Below are positions 1-11,172 of a stretch of DNA of 64,000 bases, piece after piece. The notes under the pieces were generated by a model. That model saw only the letters and a program-made list of their open reading frames with translations, was not told where the DNA came from and made no database searches. The position numbers were made by a program, and so were the translations under genes. The stretch is taken from the NCBI RefSeq assembly GCF_964213995.1, contig NC_135816.1, positions 92,132,001-92,196,000 of the forward strand. Direction: 5' to 3'. This DNA comes from Mustelus asterias (Eukaryota). Positions within the stretch are counted from its first letter, which is position 1; every line of letters begins with the position of its first letter.

Positions 1-157
1 TCTCCTGCTCCGTGTGTCAGAAAGGTTTTCTCAGTCATCGAACCTGCTGACACACCAGCAAGTTTAGACAGAGGAAGACGCCATTTACCTGCTGTATGAG
101 TGGGGAGAGATTTGCACGATCATCTGACTTGCTGACACACAGCAAGTTCACAAGTGA
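1..157 (+). pseudogene. 3' end of a degenerate C2H2 zinc-finger array
   Basis: Frameshifted CSVC..KGF..SSNLLTHQ-like codons ending gttcacaagtga, the same terminus as the intact ZNF at 51389. Confidence 0.75.
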
Positions 158-307
158 CTGCAGGGGTTAAATTTTAAAATTAAAAAATACTAAATTTAAT
201 ACCAAAAATTTTAACTGATCCTGCTGTAATTTTATCTTTGTGATTATTCTTCATGTTGGTTTCAGCATTCTGGATATCATTGTGTAAAACATGGTCGCAT
301 TTATTGA

Positions 308-625
308 ATCATAGAATTGCTATAGCACAGAAGCAGATCATTTGGCCCATCAAATCTGCACTGACTCTCACCCAGACGCTATCCCTGTAACCCCATGTAT
401 TTACTCCACTAATCTCCCTAACTTACACATCTTGCGACACTAAAGGTCAATTTAGCATAGCCAGTCATCCTAACCACATCTTTGGACTGTGGGAGGAAAG
501 CAGAGCACCCGGAGGAAACCCACGCAGACATGCAGAGAATCTGCAAACTCTGCACAGGTAGACATCCAAGGCCGGAATTGAACATGGGACCCTGGCGCTG
601 TGACACAATGCTAACCACTGTGCCA
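308..625 (-). mobile_element. HE1-type tRNA-derived SINE
   Basis: Reverse complement reads ggcacagtggttagca...gggtttcctccgggtgctc...cccacagtccaaaga, with a ctatga tail. Confidence 0.9.
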
Positions 626-629
626 AGTT

Positions 630-745
630 TTACATTCGACAGATTCCACAAGCTGCTGTGATGGGATTTCCATGTATATCCTCAAAGCATTAGCCTGGGC
701 CTCTGGATTACTAATCCCATGACATCAGCACGATGGCATCATCTC
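630..745 (-). mobile_element. 5' fragment of the second tRNA-derived SINE family
   Basis: Similar to the head of the SINEs at 17215-17582 and 28905-29225 (ctggattactaatc / gtaatccaga). Confidence 0.55.
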
Positions 746-749
746 ACCA

Positions 750-1100
750 GGGAAGTCTTGTAGTGCAGTGGGTAGTGTCCCTGCCTCTGAGCTCTGGATT
801 TGAGTGCCATCCCAGGACTTGATGGCAAAGGAAGGAGTGTTCATAGTGTGGCCAAGCAGGTTGTCCCAGAATTTGATGGCCAAGGAAGGTGTATTCATAG
901 TGTGGCCAAGCAGGTTGAGTAGGAACCTGCAAAATCCCTCCAACACATGCCAATGGCTGGCAGTAAGAGCAAGAGAAACTCTTTGATGGAGAGTGCTGCT
1001 CTTCAAGCTATTAGGCTCTGGCAACAGACAACTGTGACTCAGAATTCTGAGCGGTTGTCAGTTAAATGCTTTGAGGGTTGAATGACCTCTCAGAACTCTC
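750..1100 (+). mobile_element. SINE-like element with a tRNA-like head and an internal 54-bp tandem duplication
   Basis: A-box-like tagtgcagtggg, degenerate B-box ggatttgagtgcc, and direct repeats at 810-863 and 864-917. Confidence 0.45.
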
Positions 1101-2543
1101 TCACTACATATTGTTCTGAAAGAATGGGGTCATACCTATTCAACCACCTTTTATCAATTCAATCCTTTGTATATATTTCACGTTGACTATTCATTGTGTA
1201 TTAATAGATTAATTTATCCATCTGGTTAAGACCCACTAATCCCCTTTATGGAGAAGCCCCTAACTGTAGTTTGGTTCAATCAGAAAATTTCAGATAACTA
1301 TCAGTCCTTTTCTGTATTTCCCTCTTCTATTAATGAGCCACTTTCAACTTCCAGACTTTTGAACTTCTCGTGGTCATTTTGACATTAAAGGATGAATAGG
1401 GATAATGATTTGATAATCATCCGCAAGGCTGTGTTTATATTATGTTTCTAATCCATCTACCAAGGCTCATACTGAGTCAGAGGATCTGCTGCTTTAGAAC
1501 CATCAAGGGCGTTACAACATGGAACGGAGCATTTACCTGGGCAAAATACGTACATTTCCATTTTCGGATGGCAATTATGGCAGTGTTCCGGGGATCAGAT
1601 CAGACACACAAGCACAGAGGTATGGGAAAATCAACCGTGCCAATGTGAGGATTGTTCACACACCTAAAGGGATTTAGAATTTTTTACTGTGGCTTGCGCT
1701 TTGTATAAAATATGCTGTAGTTAATGGCGACTGTGGGGTGGTATTTTGTTGCCTGTCTTGAGCACAGATATATTGCAATGCAGAAAAATGTTCACCAGCT
1801 ATATGTGGAAAAGGATTCATTCAGTCATCGTGTTTACTGACACGCACACTGGAAAGAGACTGTTCAGAAATTTCACATGTGGGAAAGAGTTTCCCTATGT
1901 GCTTCTTTTTGTAACAATCAACAAATCAGTTTTCCCATCTGTTATTTGTCATTTATATTCATGATTTGGATGAGAATATAGGAGGCATGGTTAGTAAGGT
2001 TGCAGATGACACCAAGATTGGTGGCGTAGTGGATAGCGAAGAAAGTTATCTCCGATTGCAAAGGGATCTTGATCAATTGGGCAAGTGGGCTGACGAATGG
2101 CAGATGGAGTTTAATTTAGATAAACGCAAGGTGATGCATTTTGGTAGATTGAACCAAGGCAGGACTTTCTCAGTTAATGGTAGGGCACATTGGGGAGAGA
2201 TACAGAACAAAGAGATCTGGGGTACATGTTCATAGCTCCTTGAAAGTGGAGTCACAGGTGGATAGAGTGGTGAAGAAGGCATTCAGCATGCTTGGTTTCA
2301 TTGGTCAGAACATTGAATACAGGAGTTGGGACATCTTGTTGAAGTTGTACAAGACATTGGTAAGGCCACACTTGGAGTACTGTGTACAGTTCTGGCCACC
2401 CTATGATAGAAAGGATATTATTAAACTAGAAAAACTGCAGAAAAGATTTACTCGGATGCTACCGGGATTTGATGGTTTGAGTTATAAGTAAGAAGTTTAA
2501 CAACACCAGGTTAAAGTCCAACAGGTTTATTTGGTAGCAAAAG

Positions 2544-2590
2544 CCACACAAGCTTTCGGAGCTCTAAGCCCCTTCTTCAGGTGAGTGGGA
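2544..2590 (-). ncRNA. Minimal type-I hammerhead ribozyme motif in the PLE pLTR
   Basis: cac-CUGAAGA-a-ggggc/gcucc-GAAA-gcUU-gug; the + strand copy at 3441-3475 has GAAA changed to GATA. Confidence 0.7.
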
Positions 2591-2786
2591 ATTCTGTTCA
2601 CAAACAGAGCTTATAAAGACACAGACTCAATTTACATGAATAATGGTTGGAATGCGAATACTTACAACTAATCAAGTCTTTAAGAAACGAAACAATGTGA
2701 GTGGAGAGAGCATCAAGACAGGCTAAAAAGATGTGTATTGTCTCCAGACAATACTAGCAGAAATACTAGCGCAGATATGTAGTTTC

Positions 2787-3157
2787 TGGAACCAGCAGGG
2801 TGCGAGAAGGGGTAAGAACGAGGAGAGGCGAATATAGACGAATAATACATTTTACAATCCACTTCCATCACTGGGATAGTGAGACAAAGATTAAAAACAC
2901 TTCCCAACCTGTCTCCATTAATATATCACAACAAAAATATTTTTGTTTTCTCTGCGCAAATCCTCCCCTTCCAATTCCCTTTAAAAGTTGATTGATCACA
3001 ATCTGTCCCACGGTGAATGATGGGTTAAAGCATCAGTAAGTATTAAGTGTCAATCTCGGTTAATTCTAAGTAGTGCTTTGTGATCCAGTTAGGATTATAG
3101 TCAAAGGATTCTGACATAAAATTAACAATTAATCGTTTGAACAATTCTAGTGGATTC
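2787..3157 (-). repeat. Inverted copy (about 98% identical) of 4222-4592
   Basis: Base-by-base comparison gives about 7 mismatches in 371 bp. Confidence 0.95.
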
Positions 3158-4592
3158 TGATAGCCAAGTTCCGCACACACGAGGACGGCCTCAACCGGGA
3201 TATTGGGTTCATGTCACACTATTTGTAACTCCCACAGTTGCGTGGACCTGCAGAGTTTCACTGGCTGTCTTGTCTGGAGACAATACACATCTTTTTAGCC
3301 TGTCTTGATGCTCTCTCCACTCACATTGTTTCGTTTCTTAAAGACTTGATTAGTTGTAAGTATTCGCATTCCAACCATTATTCATGTAAATTGAGTCTGT
3401 GTCTTTATAAGCTCTGTTTGTGAACAGAATTCCCACTCACCTGAAGAAGGGGCTTAGCGCTCCGATAGCTTGTGTGGCTTTTGCTACCAAATAAACCTGT
3501 TGGACTTTAACCTGGTGTTGTTAAACTTCTTACTGTGTTTACCCCAGTCCAACGCCGGCATCTCCACATCTTGAGTTATAAGGACAGGCGGGGTAGACTG
3601 GGACTTGTTTCTCTGAAGCGTAGAAGGCTGAGGGATGATCTTATAGAGGTGTATAAAATAATGAGGGGCATCGATCAGCTAGATCGTCAATATCTTTTCC
3701 CAAAGGTAGGGGAGTCTAAAACTAGAGGGCATAGGTTTACGGTGAGAGGGAAGAGATAGAAAAGTGTCCACAGGGGCAATTGTTTCACACAGCGGGTGGT
3801 GAGTGTCTGGAACAAGCTGCCAGAGGTAGTAGTAGAGGCGGGTACAATTTTGTCTTTTAAAAAGCATTTAGACAGTTACATGGATAAGATGGGTACAGAG
3901 GGAAATGGGCCAAATGCGGGCAATTGGGATTAACTTAGGGGTTTTAAAAAAAAGGGCGGATGGATAAGTTGGGCCGATGTTTCCATGCTGTAAACCTCTA
4001 AACTTCTATCTGTAAACTCTCCAGATTTAAAATTTCAATGGATTATTGCATAATTGGTGTACTCTGTATGGTGAGAGACTCTTTTAACGTTGTGTTAAAG
4101 AAAAAGATTGATTCAGTCATCCGACCTGGTGACCTATGAGTAGAGGCTCACAGTTGACTCAAAGGTAGTTTATTTTGTTATTGCTGTTAATCATATTCAG
4201 GGTAGCGCTATTGCAGTGAACGAATCCACTACAATTGTTCAAACGATTAATTGTTAATTTTATGTCAGAATCCTTTGACTATAATCCTACCTGGATCACA
4301 AAGCATTACTTAGAATTAACCAAGATTGACACTTAATACTTACTGATGCTTTAACCCATCATTCACCGTGGGACAGATTGTGATCAATCGACTTTTAAAG
4401 GGAATTGGAAGGGGAGGATTTGCGCAGAGAAAACAAAAATATTTTTGTTGTGATATATTAATGGAGACAGGTTGGGAAGTGTTTTTAATCTTTGTCTCAC
4501 TATCCCAGTGATGGAAGTGGATTGTAAAATGCATTATTCGTCTATATTCGCCTCTCCTCGTTCTTCCCCCTTCTCGCACCCTGCTGGTTCCA

Positions 4593-5160
4593 ATGAAGAT
4601 GTGGGACAGTTGTTGGATTCAGGGATCCAGGAGGGATCCGAGCCAGAGGAGATTCTCCAGATTGGGAAAGGTAAGGTCATGGAGAGATTTGAAAACAAGG
4701 ATCAACATTTTAAAATTGAGGTGGCGCTTAACTAGGAGTCTATGTGGGTCAGCGGCACAGTGGAGAGAGGTGAATGGGACTGGGTGTGAGTGAGGACCTA
4801 GATAACATAGTTTGCGATGATCTTTGGGGTTTATGGAGTGTAGAATATGGGAGGCCAGCCAGGACTGTGTTAGAATAATCATGTTTTGAGGTAACAGTTG
4901 CATGAATGTAAGTTTCAGAAGCAGGCAAGGGTAAAGTCAGGTGATGCAGAAATTAAAATAAGCATCTTAGCGCAGATATGTAGTGAGATGCTCGGCTTCC
5001 AGTCAAACATGACACCCAGTTTCTGAATTGCCTTGTTTAGCCTCAGTTGCTGAGCAGAGGGATGGAATCAGTAGTTAGGTAGTGAATTTTGAAGCAATAA
5101 CTTCAGTCTTTCCACTATATAATTGGAAAAACATTCTGTTCACCCTGATGTGTCAGACAA
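4593..5160 (-). mobile_element. L2 LINE RT C-terminal fragment
   Basis: Frameshifted match to the L2 motif HAFVTSRLDYSN.LLAGLP...ADLHWL.VK.RL.FKILILVFKSLH. Confidence 0.8.
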
Positions 5161-5552
5161 GTTAGGATGGTGTGTGAATTGAAGATGTTCACAGGTACCT
5201 GCTATCTCGGTCCTTCTAGCTAATGGAGCTTGAGATTATGTGAGGTTCTGTGAAAGTTCTGGTTGAGTTGAGAAATATAAAATACCCCTGCTTCTCTCAC
5301 TTCTCACTCCCTCTCTCCCAAAATGTCCAGAGTCTTGTGTAGTCTTAGGAGATTCTCTTCTCTGAAGGACATTAATATACTAGTAGTATTTTTAAAACAT
5401 TCCAGCAGTTTTCACAGTCACTTTGTCCAGCCCCACAAACTACCAGCTTCATTCAGCTCAATTTCACAACCTGCCTTTGTGTTTTGGTGGCGTCTCTCTC
5501 ACTCCCATTTTTCTGTTTTAAATCAATTTAAAGGGTATTAGAAGGGGAGAAT

Positions 5553-6149
5553 TTGCAGTGAAGAATCAGTGAAGATGTGGGAGAGTTGTTGGATTCAGAG
5601 ATCCAGGAGGGTCCGAGCCAGAGGCAGCACGGTAGCACAGTGGTTAGCACTGCTGCTTCACAGCTCCAGGGACCTGGGTTCGATTCCCGGCTTGGGTCAC
5701 TGTCTGTGTGGAGTTTGCACATTCTCCCCGTGTTTGCGTGGGTTTCCTCCGGGTGCTCCGGTTTCCTCCCACAGTCCAAAGATGTGCGGGTTAGGTTGAT
5801 TGGCCATGCTAAAAATTGCCCTTAGTGTCCTGAGATGCGTCGGTTAGAGGGATTAGTGGGTAAATATGTGAGGGTAGGGCCTGGGTGGGATTGTGGTCGG
5901 TGCAGACTTGATGGGCCGAATGGCCTCTTTCTGTACTGTAGGGTTTCTATGATTTCTATGAGAGGAGATTCTCCAGATTGGGAAAGGTAAGGTCAATGGA
6001 GGATCAACATTTCAAAATTGAGGTGGAGCTTAACTAGGAGTCTATGTGGGTCAGCGAGCACAGTCGGGAGAGGTGAATGGGACTTGGTGTGAGTGAGGAC
6101 CTAGATAACATAGTTTTCGATGATCTCTGAGGTTTATGGAGTGTAGAAT
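5553..6149 (+). repeat. Local direct copy of 4211-4226 plus 4593-4847, interrupted by an HE1 SINE
   Basis: Near-identical sequence sharing the decayed L2 bases; flanked by attagaaggggagaattt(g/a)cagt at 5537-5559 and 6158-6180. Confidence 0.9.
5623..5961 (+). mobile_element. HE1 SINE, full length and young
   Basis: ggcagcacggtagcacagtggttagc A box, ggttcgattccc B box, ctatgatttctatga tail, short agagg duplication. Confidence 0.95.
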
Positions 6150-6157
6150 ACAAGGGG

Positions 6158-6780
6158 ATTAGAAGGGGAGAATTTACAGTCGGGAAGCTCAAACCCAACA
6201 TTCCATCAGGTTCTGACAGAGTCGCCCAGTTCATCACAATATTATTATTACATATCAGATTATGAACACAGAACTGAAAATCACTATTCACAGTGGGGAG
6301 AAACCGTATTCTGTCTGTGGACGAGGCTTCAGCCGATCATCTGGCCTGTCAAAACACAAATAGACTCCATGGAAATATAAGTACGGTGTGAAGGGATTCA
6401 ATTACCCATCCCAGCTGGAAAATCATCAGCACAGTCAACATTGGGAGAAGCCATTCACCAGCTCGGAGTGTGGGAAGGAATTCACTCATTCATCAGAACT
6501 GCTGACACACAAGAGTGTTCAGAGTCAGAACAGACCTTTTAAATTACCAGACTGTAGGCAATGCTGCAAAAGTTCTGGGGATCTGATGTCCCATCAATGT
6601 GTTCACACTGATGAGAGACAATTCAGATGCTCTCACTGTGAGTCTGTGTTCAAGCCATCAAGTCAACTCACTGTACATCAGCTAATTCACACTGGAGAGA
6701 GAATGTTCACCTGCTCCAAGTGTGGGAAGAGATTCCTTCAGTCACCCCACTTGCAGACACACCAGCGAGTTCACAAGTAA
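6158..6780 (+). pseudogene. C2H2 ZNF pseudogene (about 5 fingers, several lacking a Cys or His)
   Basis: ORF 6388-6780 has a non-ATG start, mutated ligands and upstream stops; the exon start is disrupted by a templated insertion. Confidence 0.85.
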
Positions 6781-7621
6781 CTAGTTACTTATTATTAAGG
6801 AAATTATAGCAGGACACTTATAAAATTGAAACCAATCAGGCAGAGTCAAAATGGTTTTTGCAAAAGGCAAATAGTGTTTGATTAGTTTTAGAGTTCTTCA
6901 CTGGGCAGGGAATTCCACAGATTCACAACCCTTTGTGTGAAGAAGCTCCTTCTCAACTCAGTCCTAAATCTGCTCCCCCTTATTTTGGGGAAGTAACAAG
7001 AACATGGACAAAGAGGAAACGGTAGATGTGGTATACCTGGATTCCCAAATGATATTTGCTATGGTGCGACATCAACGCTTACTCCACAAAAATAAAAGCT
7101 CATGGTACAGGGGATAACATATTAGAATAAATAAAGGATGGGTTAGCTAACAAGAAGCAGATGGTAAGGTTAAATGGATCATCTCAAGTTGGCAAGTGTC
7201 ACTTTTGGAGTATCACATGAATCAGTGCTGGAGCCTCAATCAATCATTCATAATTTATATCAATGACTTGGAGGAGCCAAAACTACGGCAGTTAAATTTG
7301 CTCATGGTACAATCATAGGTAGGAGCTGTAGAGACTTAAGGAGCCTGCAAAGGTAAAAAGATAGGTTGGTTAAGTGAGTGAGAAAAGAGTTGGCAGATGT
7401 AGTATAATGTGGAAAAATCACTTGACTGATTCCTAGGATGAAGGGATTATCTTATGAAGAAAGTTGGAAACATTGCATCTATCTGGAAGAACGAGTGGCG
7501 ACGTTTTTAAACTTATCAGATTCTGAGGAGTCCTCATAGCTGGATGCTGAGAGGACATTTCCCCTCATGGGTGAAATGAGAAGTAAAGAACATGGTTAAA
7601 AATAAGGGCCTCCCATTTAAG

Positions 7622-7866
7622 TAAGGAGTCTAACAACACCAGGTTCAAGTCCAACAGGTTTATTTGGTAGCAAACGCCACTTGCTTTCGGAGCGCTGCTC
7701 CTTTGTCAGGTGAGTGGGAGTCCAGAACTCCCACTCACCTGACGAAGGAGCAGTGCTCCGAAAGCTAGTGGCGTTTGCTACCAAATGAACCTGTTGGACT
7801 TGAACCTGGTGTTGTTAGACTCCTTACTGTGTTTACCCCAGTCCAACGCCGGCATCTCCACATCAT
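7622..7866 (+). mobile_element. PLE family-1 fold-back mini-insertion
   Basis: 101-bp inverted arms at 7621-7721 and 7727-7827, 3' tail ccccagtccaacgccggcatctccacatcat, TSD gcctcccatttaag at 7608-7621 and 7867-7880. Confidence 0.9.
7731..7772 (+). ncRNA. Minimal hammerhead ribozyme motif with an intact core
   Basis: ucac-CUGACGA-a-ggagc(agu)gcucc-GAAA-gcUA-gugg. Confidence 0.75.
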
Positions 7867-7932
7867 GCCTCCCATTTAAGACAGAGATGAAGAGAACTTT
7901 TAGATCTCATAGTCTGTGGAATCTCTTCTTCA

Positions 7933-8960
7933 AACATAAGAACATAAGAACTAGGAGCAGAAGTAGGCTCGAGCCTACTCCGCCATTCAATAAGATCATG
8001 GCTGACCTTTTTGTGGACTCAGCTCCACTTACCCGCCCGCTCACCATAGCCCTTAATTCCTTTACTGTTCAAAAATTTACCGATCCTTGCCTTAAAAACA
8101 TTCAATGAGGTAGCCTCAACTGCTTCACTGGGCAGGAAATTCCAGATTCACAACCCTTTGGTGTGAAGAAGTTCCTTCTCAACTCAGTCCCAAATCTGCT
8201 CCCCCTTATTTTGAAGCCATGCCCCCTAGTTCTAGTTTCACCCGCCAGTGGAAACAACTTCCCTGCTTCTATCTTATCTATTCCCTTCATAATCTTATAT
8301 GTTTCTATAAGATCTCCCCTCATTCTTCTGAATTCCAATGAGTATAGTCCCAATCTACTCAGTCTCTCCTCGTAAGCTAACCCTCTCAACTCTGGAATCA
8401 ACCTCGTGAGTCTCCTTTGCACCCCCCTCCAGTGCCAGTATATCCTTTGTCAAGTAAGGAGACCAAAACTGTACACAGTACTCCAGGTGTGGCCTCGCCA
8501 GCACCTTATACAGCTGCAACATAACCTCGCTGTTTTTAAGCTTCATTCTTCTAGCAATGAAGGACAAAATTCCATTTGCCTTCTTAATTACCTGCTGCAC
8601 CCGCAAACCAACTCCTTGTGATTCTTGCACAAGGACACCCAGGTTCCTCTGCACAGCACAATGCTGCAATTTTTTATCATTTAAATAATTTTCCCTTTTG
8701 CTGTTATTCCTACCAGAATGGATGACTTCACATTTACCAACATTGTACTCCATCTGCCATACCCTTGCCCACTCACTTAGACGATCTAATTCCCTTTGCA
8801 GACTTTCAGTGTCCTCTGCACACTTTGCTCTGCCACTCATCTTAGTGTCATCTGCAAATTTTGACACACGACACTTGTTCCCCAACTCCAAATCATTATG
8901 TAAATCATAAACAATTGTGGTCCCAATACCGATTCCTGAGGCACACCACTATTCACTGAT
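7933..8960 (-). mobile_element. CR1 LINE, 5'-truncated
   Basis: SKFADDTK, LARPHLEYCVQFWSP and RGDLIETYKIM motifs; (ttcttatg)n tail at the left end. Confidence 0.92.
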
Positions 8961-9099
8961 CACCAAACAGCAGCAGGAGCTGGGTCATTGAATATTATGA
9001 ACATAGAATTAGATGGATCCTTGATTAACAAGGGAAACAAGGGATTAACAAAGGTGATAGGGGAGTACACAGTTGAGTGGAGACCACAAACTGACTGAA

Positions 9100-9570
9100 A
9101 CCACTGCATTATGAGGAGAGATTGGTTTGGCTGGGCCTGTATTCACTAGAAGTTAGAAGGATGAAAGGAGATCTGATTGAAACTATAAAATTCTAACAGG
9201 GCTGTGCAGACTAGGTGCAGGGAAGATGTTTTCCCTGGGGACACCGTCTCAGTATATAGGGTAGACCACTTAGAACTGACATGGGGAAAATATCTCCTCA
9301 CTCAAAACCTAGTGCACCTGTGACATTCTCTACCACAGAAGGCTGTGGAGGCCAAGTCACTGAATATATTGAAGTCTTTTTGAGATTTTAAAGGTATCAA
9401 TGGATATGGGAGAAAGCATTGAAATATGGCATTGAATGGAGGAGCAGGTTCAAAAGACCAAATGGCCTACTCCTGCTCTGAGCTTCTATCAGATAAGCCA
9501 TGATCATATCAATTAGTGGAACAAGCTCGAGTTCAATGGTTCATTGCTGTTCCTAATTTTTATTTTCCTA
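9100..9570 (+). mobile_element. CR1 3'-end fragments
   Basis: LYSLE.RRMKGDLIETYKIL remnant and aaatggcctactcctgc tail. Confidence 0.75.
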
Positions 9571-9844
9571 TAATTAACTGACTGGAAACTTGAACCTGCT
9601 TTTTCACTTTGTCAGGAACAGATCAGAGTTACACCAGTCTCTGATTTGACAGCACGTTTCCAGCATTCACCATTATTTTTCCTGACTCTAAACCCAGTTG
9701 TAAAAGGAGCTTGTTTGGTGCCTCGGAGCTCTGAACCAGTGCACAGCTAAGAAACTTTTCTAACATGACTGGGGACTAACCCACACGTTCAGCCGTGCGT
9801 GTGATAAACAGCAGCAATAAAAGTAGAATCCAAAACCAGTTGTC

Positions 9845-10670
9845 ACTCATGAACTTGCTGGGGTGTCTCAGCAGATGGGATGAATCAGTGAGTCATTTTC
9901 TACAGATGGAGCAGGTGAATGGCCTCTCCCCTGTGTGAACTCACTGGTGCTGAAAAAGGGGGGATGACCAACAGAATCTTTCCCACACAGGGACTAAGTG
10001 AACGGCTTCTCTCCAGCGTGAACTCACTGGTGTGTTAGTAGGTTGGAATAACCGGTGAATCCCTTCCCGCAGTGGTTGCATATGAAGGGTCTCTCTCCAG
10101 CATGAACCCACTGGTGTTTCAGCAGGATGGGAGATCACGTGAATCATTTCCTACATTTAGAGCAGATGACTGGCCTTTCTCCATTGTGTTTTCTCTCGTG
10201 TGTCTGTAAGCTGGATAACTGAGTGAATCCCTTCAAACACTTGGAGCAAGTGAATTGTCTCTCCAGGTTGGAAATCAACTGAAGACTTGTTGACACACAG
10301 AACATGTATGGTTTCTCTCTGTTGTGAATGATGTGATGCTTTTTCAGGCTGCGCAACTAGTTAAAAGTTTCCACAGTCAGTCACTGGAACATTCTGACTC
10401 GGGTGTTTGCATTTCGGTGCTTTTCTAGTCACACTGAGGTTTGAAATCTTTTTCCACAGACAAAATATTTTGCCTTCCACATTCAAAGAACGATGACACT
10501 CAAGTCATGACAAACCGAAAAATTCTGTCTGACCTTAAAATGATGTTTGGTTTGAATTTATTGACTGCCAATCCTCATTTAGTAACAATTGTAAACGGAA
10601 TTTAGAACAGTCATCATTTTAAGTCCAGGATAAAAATTCAGAAGATAATTCTACTTTCTATGGAACACGT
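9845..10670 (-). pseudogene. C2H2 ZNF pseudogene with a fossil-finger leader
   Basis: FTCSKCLKGFTQLSSLQTHERKHNGERP and further fingers broken by stops and frameshifts; leader 10260-10670 is homologous to 14370-14780 and 50350-50800. Confidence 0.85.
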
Positions 10671-10799
10671 TTTTTCTTAAAACTGTAAATCCCTATTCCA
10701 CACACTGTCCATCTTCCCTGTGCAAGATCTGGATAGCCTCCTTTCCTCTACTCCTAATTTTCTCCCTCCATCTCCTCTGGTTAGGTTTCCAGTGAACAG

Positions 10800-11172
10800 A
10801 ACAACTGGTAGGATCGCTGGACCAGAAGCTCAGAGGTTCCGACTAATGCTCTGCGGACGCAGGTTCAAATCTCACCATGACGCCTGGTGGAATGTCAAAT
10901 TAATTAAGGTCGAGAATTGAAAACGACTCTCATTAATGGTGACTGTAAAATGATTATCAATTGTAGTAAAAACCCATTGAATTATTACTGTCCTTTGGGG
11001 AAGGAAATCTGCCATTCAAATCTACCGGTCTGGCCTGCAAGTGACTCCAGACCCACAGCACTGTCTTGTAGAATGGTCCTAGCTCGCCACTCAGTTTAAG
11101 GGCAATGTGGGATAGGCGACAACACTGGCCTTGCCAGTGAAGCTCACTTCCCATGAAAGAATAAAGATAAAA
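10800..11172 (+). mobile_element. Second tRNA-derived SINE family
   Basis: ggttcaaatc B box, gggaaggaaatctgcc core, gggcaa...ctggccttgccag...cccatgaa tail. Confidence 0.8.

Larger units (their letters stand above)
2489..3570 (+). mobile_element. Penelope-like element (family 1) 3' fragment with inverted pLTR arms and captured DNA
   Basis: GIY-YIG-type C-terminus IAKFRTHEDGLNRDIGFMSHYL* at about 3160-3228; arms 2489-2750 and about 3271-3532 are reverse complements; TSD ttgagttataag at 2477-2488 and 3571-3582. Confidence 0.88.
1939..4008 (+). mobile_element. CR1/HER1 LINE, 5'-truncated (RT C-terminus and 3' end), interrupted at 2489-3570
   Basis: SKVADDTKIGG, WQMEFN, LVRPHLEYCVQFW and LRDDLIEVYKIM motifs; 3' end ccatgctgtaaacctcta. 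Confidence 0.93.
1480..4201 (+). pseudogene. Highly degenerate ZNF exon interrupted by a CR1 insertion
   Basis: Finger-like remnants at about 1780-1890 (tgtggaaaaggattcattcagtcatc) and 4070-4160, followed by the cluster's 3' motif gctgttaatcatattcagg. Confidence 0.55.
6800..7925 (+). mobile_element. Old degenerate CR1 LINE RT fragment
   Basis: SQ.GF..GK.CL, VDVVYLDF and VSHESVL-like remnants; hosts the 6897-6987 and 7622-7866 insertions. Confidence 0.75.

Noticed and set aside
4229-4588. 360-bp segment as a spliced-out intron explaining the 5553 copy
   Set aside because: No GT...AG boundaries on either strand
2787-4592. Inverted 371-bp duplication as an assembly artefact or as the TIRs of a DNA transposon
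   Set aside because: The copies differ at about 7 scattered sites, one lies inside a TSD-bounded PLE insertion, and there is no outer TSD or transposase
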